This document shows positions 62,047 through 64,000 of a stretch of DNA of 64,000 bases, piece after piece (position 1 is the stretch's first letter; every line of letters starts with the position of its first letter). Location: positions 5,674,389 to 5,738,388 of the forward strand of contig CM121343.1 of NCBI GenBank assembly GCA_051530055.1, in the 5' to 3' direction. This stretch comes from Neoechinorhynchus agilis (lineage: Eukaryota; Animalia; Acanthocephala). A model generated the notes under the pieces. The model searched no databases. It was given only the letters and a program-made list of their open reading frames with translations, and had not been told where the DNA came from. Both the position numbers and the translations under genes were made by a program.

Positions 62047-62579
62047 GGATGATTCAGACATTTTCTCAAGGATTGTCATTGTTTTCAGGAATAACCGAAA
62101 AAAATATCGGGCGAATGTTTAATTCAAGTTCGCCATGTCAAAAATATGAACTGCGATTCGTACCGAATGATAGTCATATTGATTTTTTCTTCTAATAGCT
62201 AACTGATTGCCGATATTTCACGTAGGATGATTCCGACATTTTCTCAAGGATTGTCATTATTTTCGGGAAAAACGAAAAAATATCGGGGCGAATGTTTTAT
62301 TCAAGTTCGCCATGTCAAAAATATGAAGTGCGATTCGTACCGTACGATAGTCATATTGATTTTTTCTTCTTCTAATAGCTAACGGATTGCCGATATTTCA
62401 CGTAGGATGATTCCGACATTTTCTCAAGGTTTGTCATTGTTTTCTGGAAAAAAACGACAAAAAATATCGGGGCGAATGTATAATTCAAGTTCGCCATGTC
62501 AAAAATATGAACTGCGATTCATACCGTACGATAGTCATATTGATTTTTTCTTCTTCTAATAGCTAACTGATTGCCGATA
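62047..62579. repeat. Three tandem 178-180-bp units
   Basis: ggatgattc at 62047, 62225, 62405. Confidence 0.93.
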
Positions 62580-62959
62580 CCAAAAAAACTTTTGTGACAA
62601 TGTAAATTAAACTTCTATATTATGAAACGATGAACACGTTTCTGCGAACAATCTTCGGGGAAAGGCCGAGATTAAATTTAAGACTTTAAAGCCATTAATT
62701 TATATAAAAGAGATGCTATAAAATGATAGACATGGTTGAGAGAAGGTTTTGTCAAGAGAGGAATTTCAGTTAATGAATGCGCTTGTTAATTCGATGATCT
62801 TTTCTTATCGTTGCCATCATTTACGCTGACAGTAATTTGTCATTTTCGTATGCGTATAAATCGAACTTAAGTTTGCTATCATTTCAATCCGCCGCCGCCG
62901 CCCCATAATGTGTTTTTCAATATTTCCAAAAGAAGTATTTCTTACACATTTTATTGGTC

Positions 62960-64000
62960 ACATAAAAGTTGGCCAACTGAGTTAAACCAATTGTTTCTAG
63001 AGTAAACTGTCATAAAACCACGCAGGTCAATTGGGTCTTAATCCCAACGTACTTTTGGAGACAATGGTACCAAAAATAGTCGATTTGCCGACTTCAGTGA
63101 GTATGCAAGGGATGGATAGACTTCCACTTTGGAGAGACCTTTGGTGGAATACGATGTTCATTGTATATTATAGAACCGGGAAAGGAGAGAATCGAACCGT
63201 ATTGTAGAGTTGTTTTCGCCTGAACGGTTGATATTCGACGCCGAGGTGAGAGATGTTCCATTGATAGAGACGTTCATTTCATATTGATTCAAAAGGGAAC
63301 GGCATTGATGCTGTATAACAAAGACGAGTGCCGATGTTAAAGTAACACAGCAAGTTCAAAAAAAGAAAACTCAGTTTCTAGGTGGTACTCACTAATTTTA
63401 GACATGAGTATAAGATTTGTTGACCTTAAATTTGCCAAAAAGCATTTTTTTTAATTTGCATTGAATCTTGTTTTAGGCGAATAATTGCTTTTGTTGAGCA
63501 AATCGGAATCACTAAAAAGGCTTAAAATTAGATCGCTTCATAAAAAATATTCTGTCCAAAATTCAGGTGGTACTTTATTGAATTAAGATTGGGTTGAATT
63601 TTTATTCGATCCTGTAGATCGCAACTTTTTTCTATTAAATGTCGACCAAGAACGATATTCCGTCTCTTTATTTCTAGTAACACGATAATTAACCTTTAAC
63701 CAAAATACAGGCGTAGGTTTGAAGAATAGCGAGTACCGCTCAAAGGAGTAGGAAACTCACTGATGAGTACTACCTCTTCGGAAGGTATCTGAGGATCCGG
63801 AAAAATGTGTACAAACTCGTAACCGTGATAGTCGAAGATATTCAACAGTTGACTGTTTACCTAAAGGAAAAAGAAGGGACGGGATTGTTGCGACAAAAGC
63901 AAATGAAATTACTGAATATCATCACATCTTTGTACAAATGCAAACCTGGACGTTCTCCACTGAATGGCGGAAGCGAGGATTTGCACATTCCTATGACATC
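62960..64000 (+). CDS. Probable multi-exon gene of unknown product, running off the window; start not located
   Basis: Open exon-like blocks bounded by gtgagt/gtgaga donors and ag acceptors (QLGLNPNVLLETMVP; NRERRESNRIVELF) and an open frame from ~63730 to the end. Confidence 0.4.

Overview
AT-rich animal genomic DNA (standard genetic code, many 30-60 nt GT-AG introns, several intronless genes). It carries about 14 recognisable genes: an NCS-type EF-hand protein, a group II PLP decarboxylase, PICALM, Axin, a calcium-channel alpha2delta subunit, MSH6, CAB39/MO25, MRPL12, YKT6, ARID1, an atypical DUSP, eIF1A, a beta-PIX-like RhoGEF and WDFY1/2. These are interspersed with decayed LINEs (Jockey/I-like, L2/CR1-like, CRE-like RLE 3' fragments), MITE/foldback elements and tandem arrays. 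Main discovery: otherwise intact genes (decarboxylase x2, PICALM, MSH6 x2, ARID1, WDFY, possibly the RhoGEF) are interrupted inside conserved coding sequence by 48-65 nt hairpin (inverted-repeat) inserts bounded by TA dinucleotides. Most introduce stops or frameshifts. In PICALM, MSH6, ARID1 and WDFY no plausible GT-AG intron repairs the break. Deleting the insert plus one TA restores the family-typical protein in five cases; WDFY has a TA..CA variant and one MSH6 insert does not obey the strict rule. This points to a non-canonical intron class or an IES-like DNA-excision system in an animal. Secondary signals are splice-acceptor-like sites just upstream of most start codons and a 96-bp same-strand gene gap (possible SL trans-splicing/operons), a tandem array of long hairpins, and a pseudo-SGNH orphan ORF. 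All alignments were done by eye against remembered family consensus; no searches were run.
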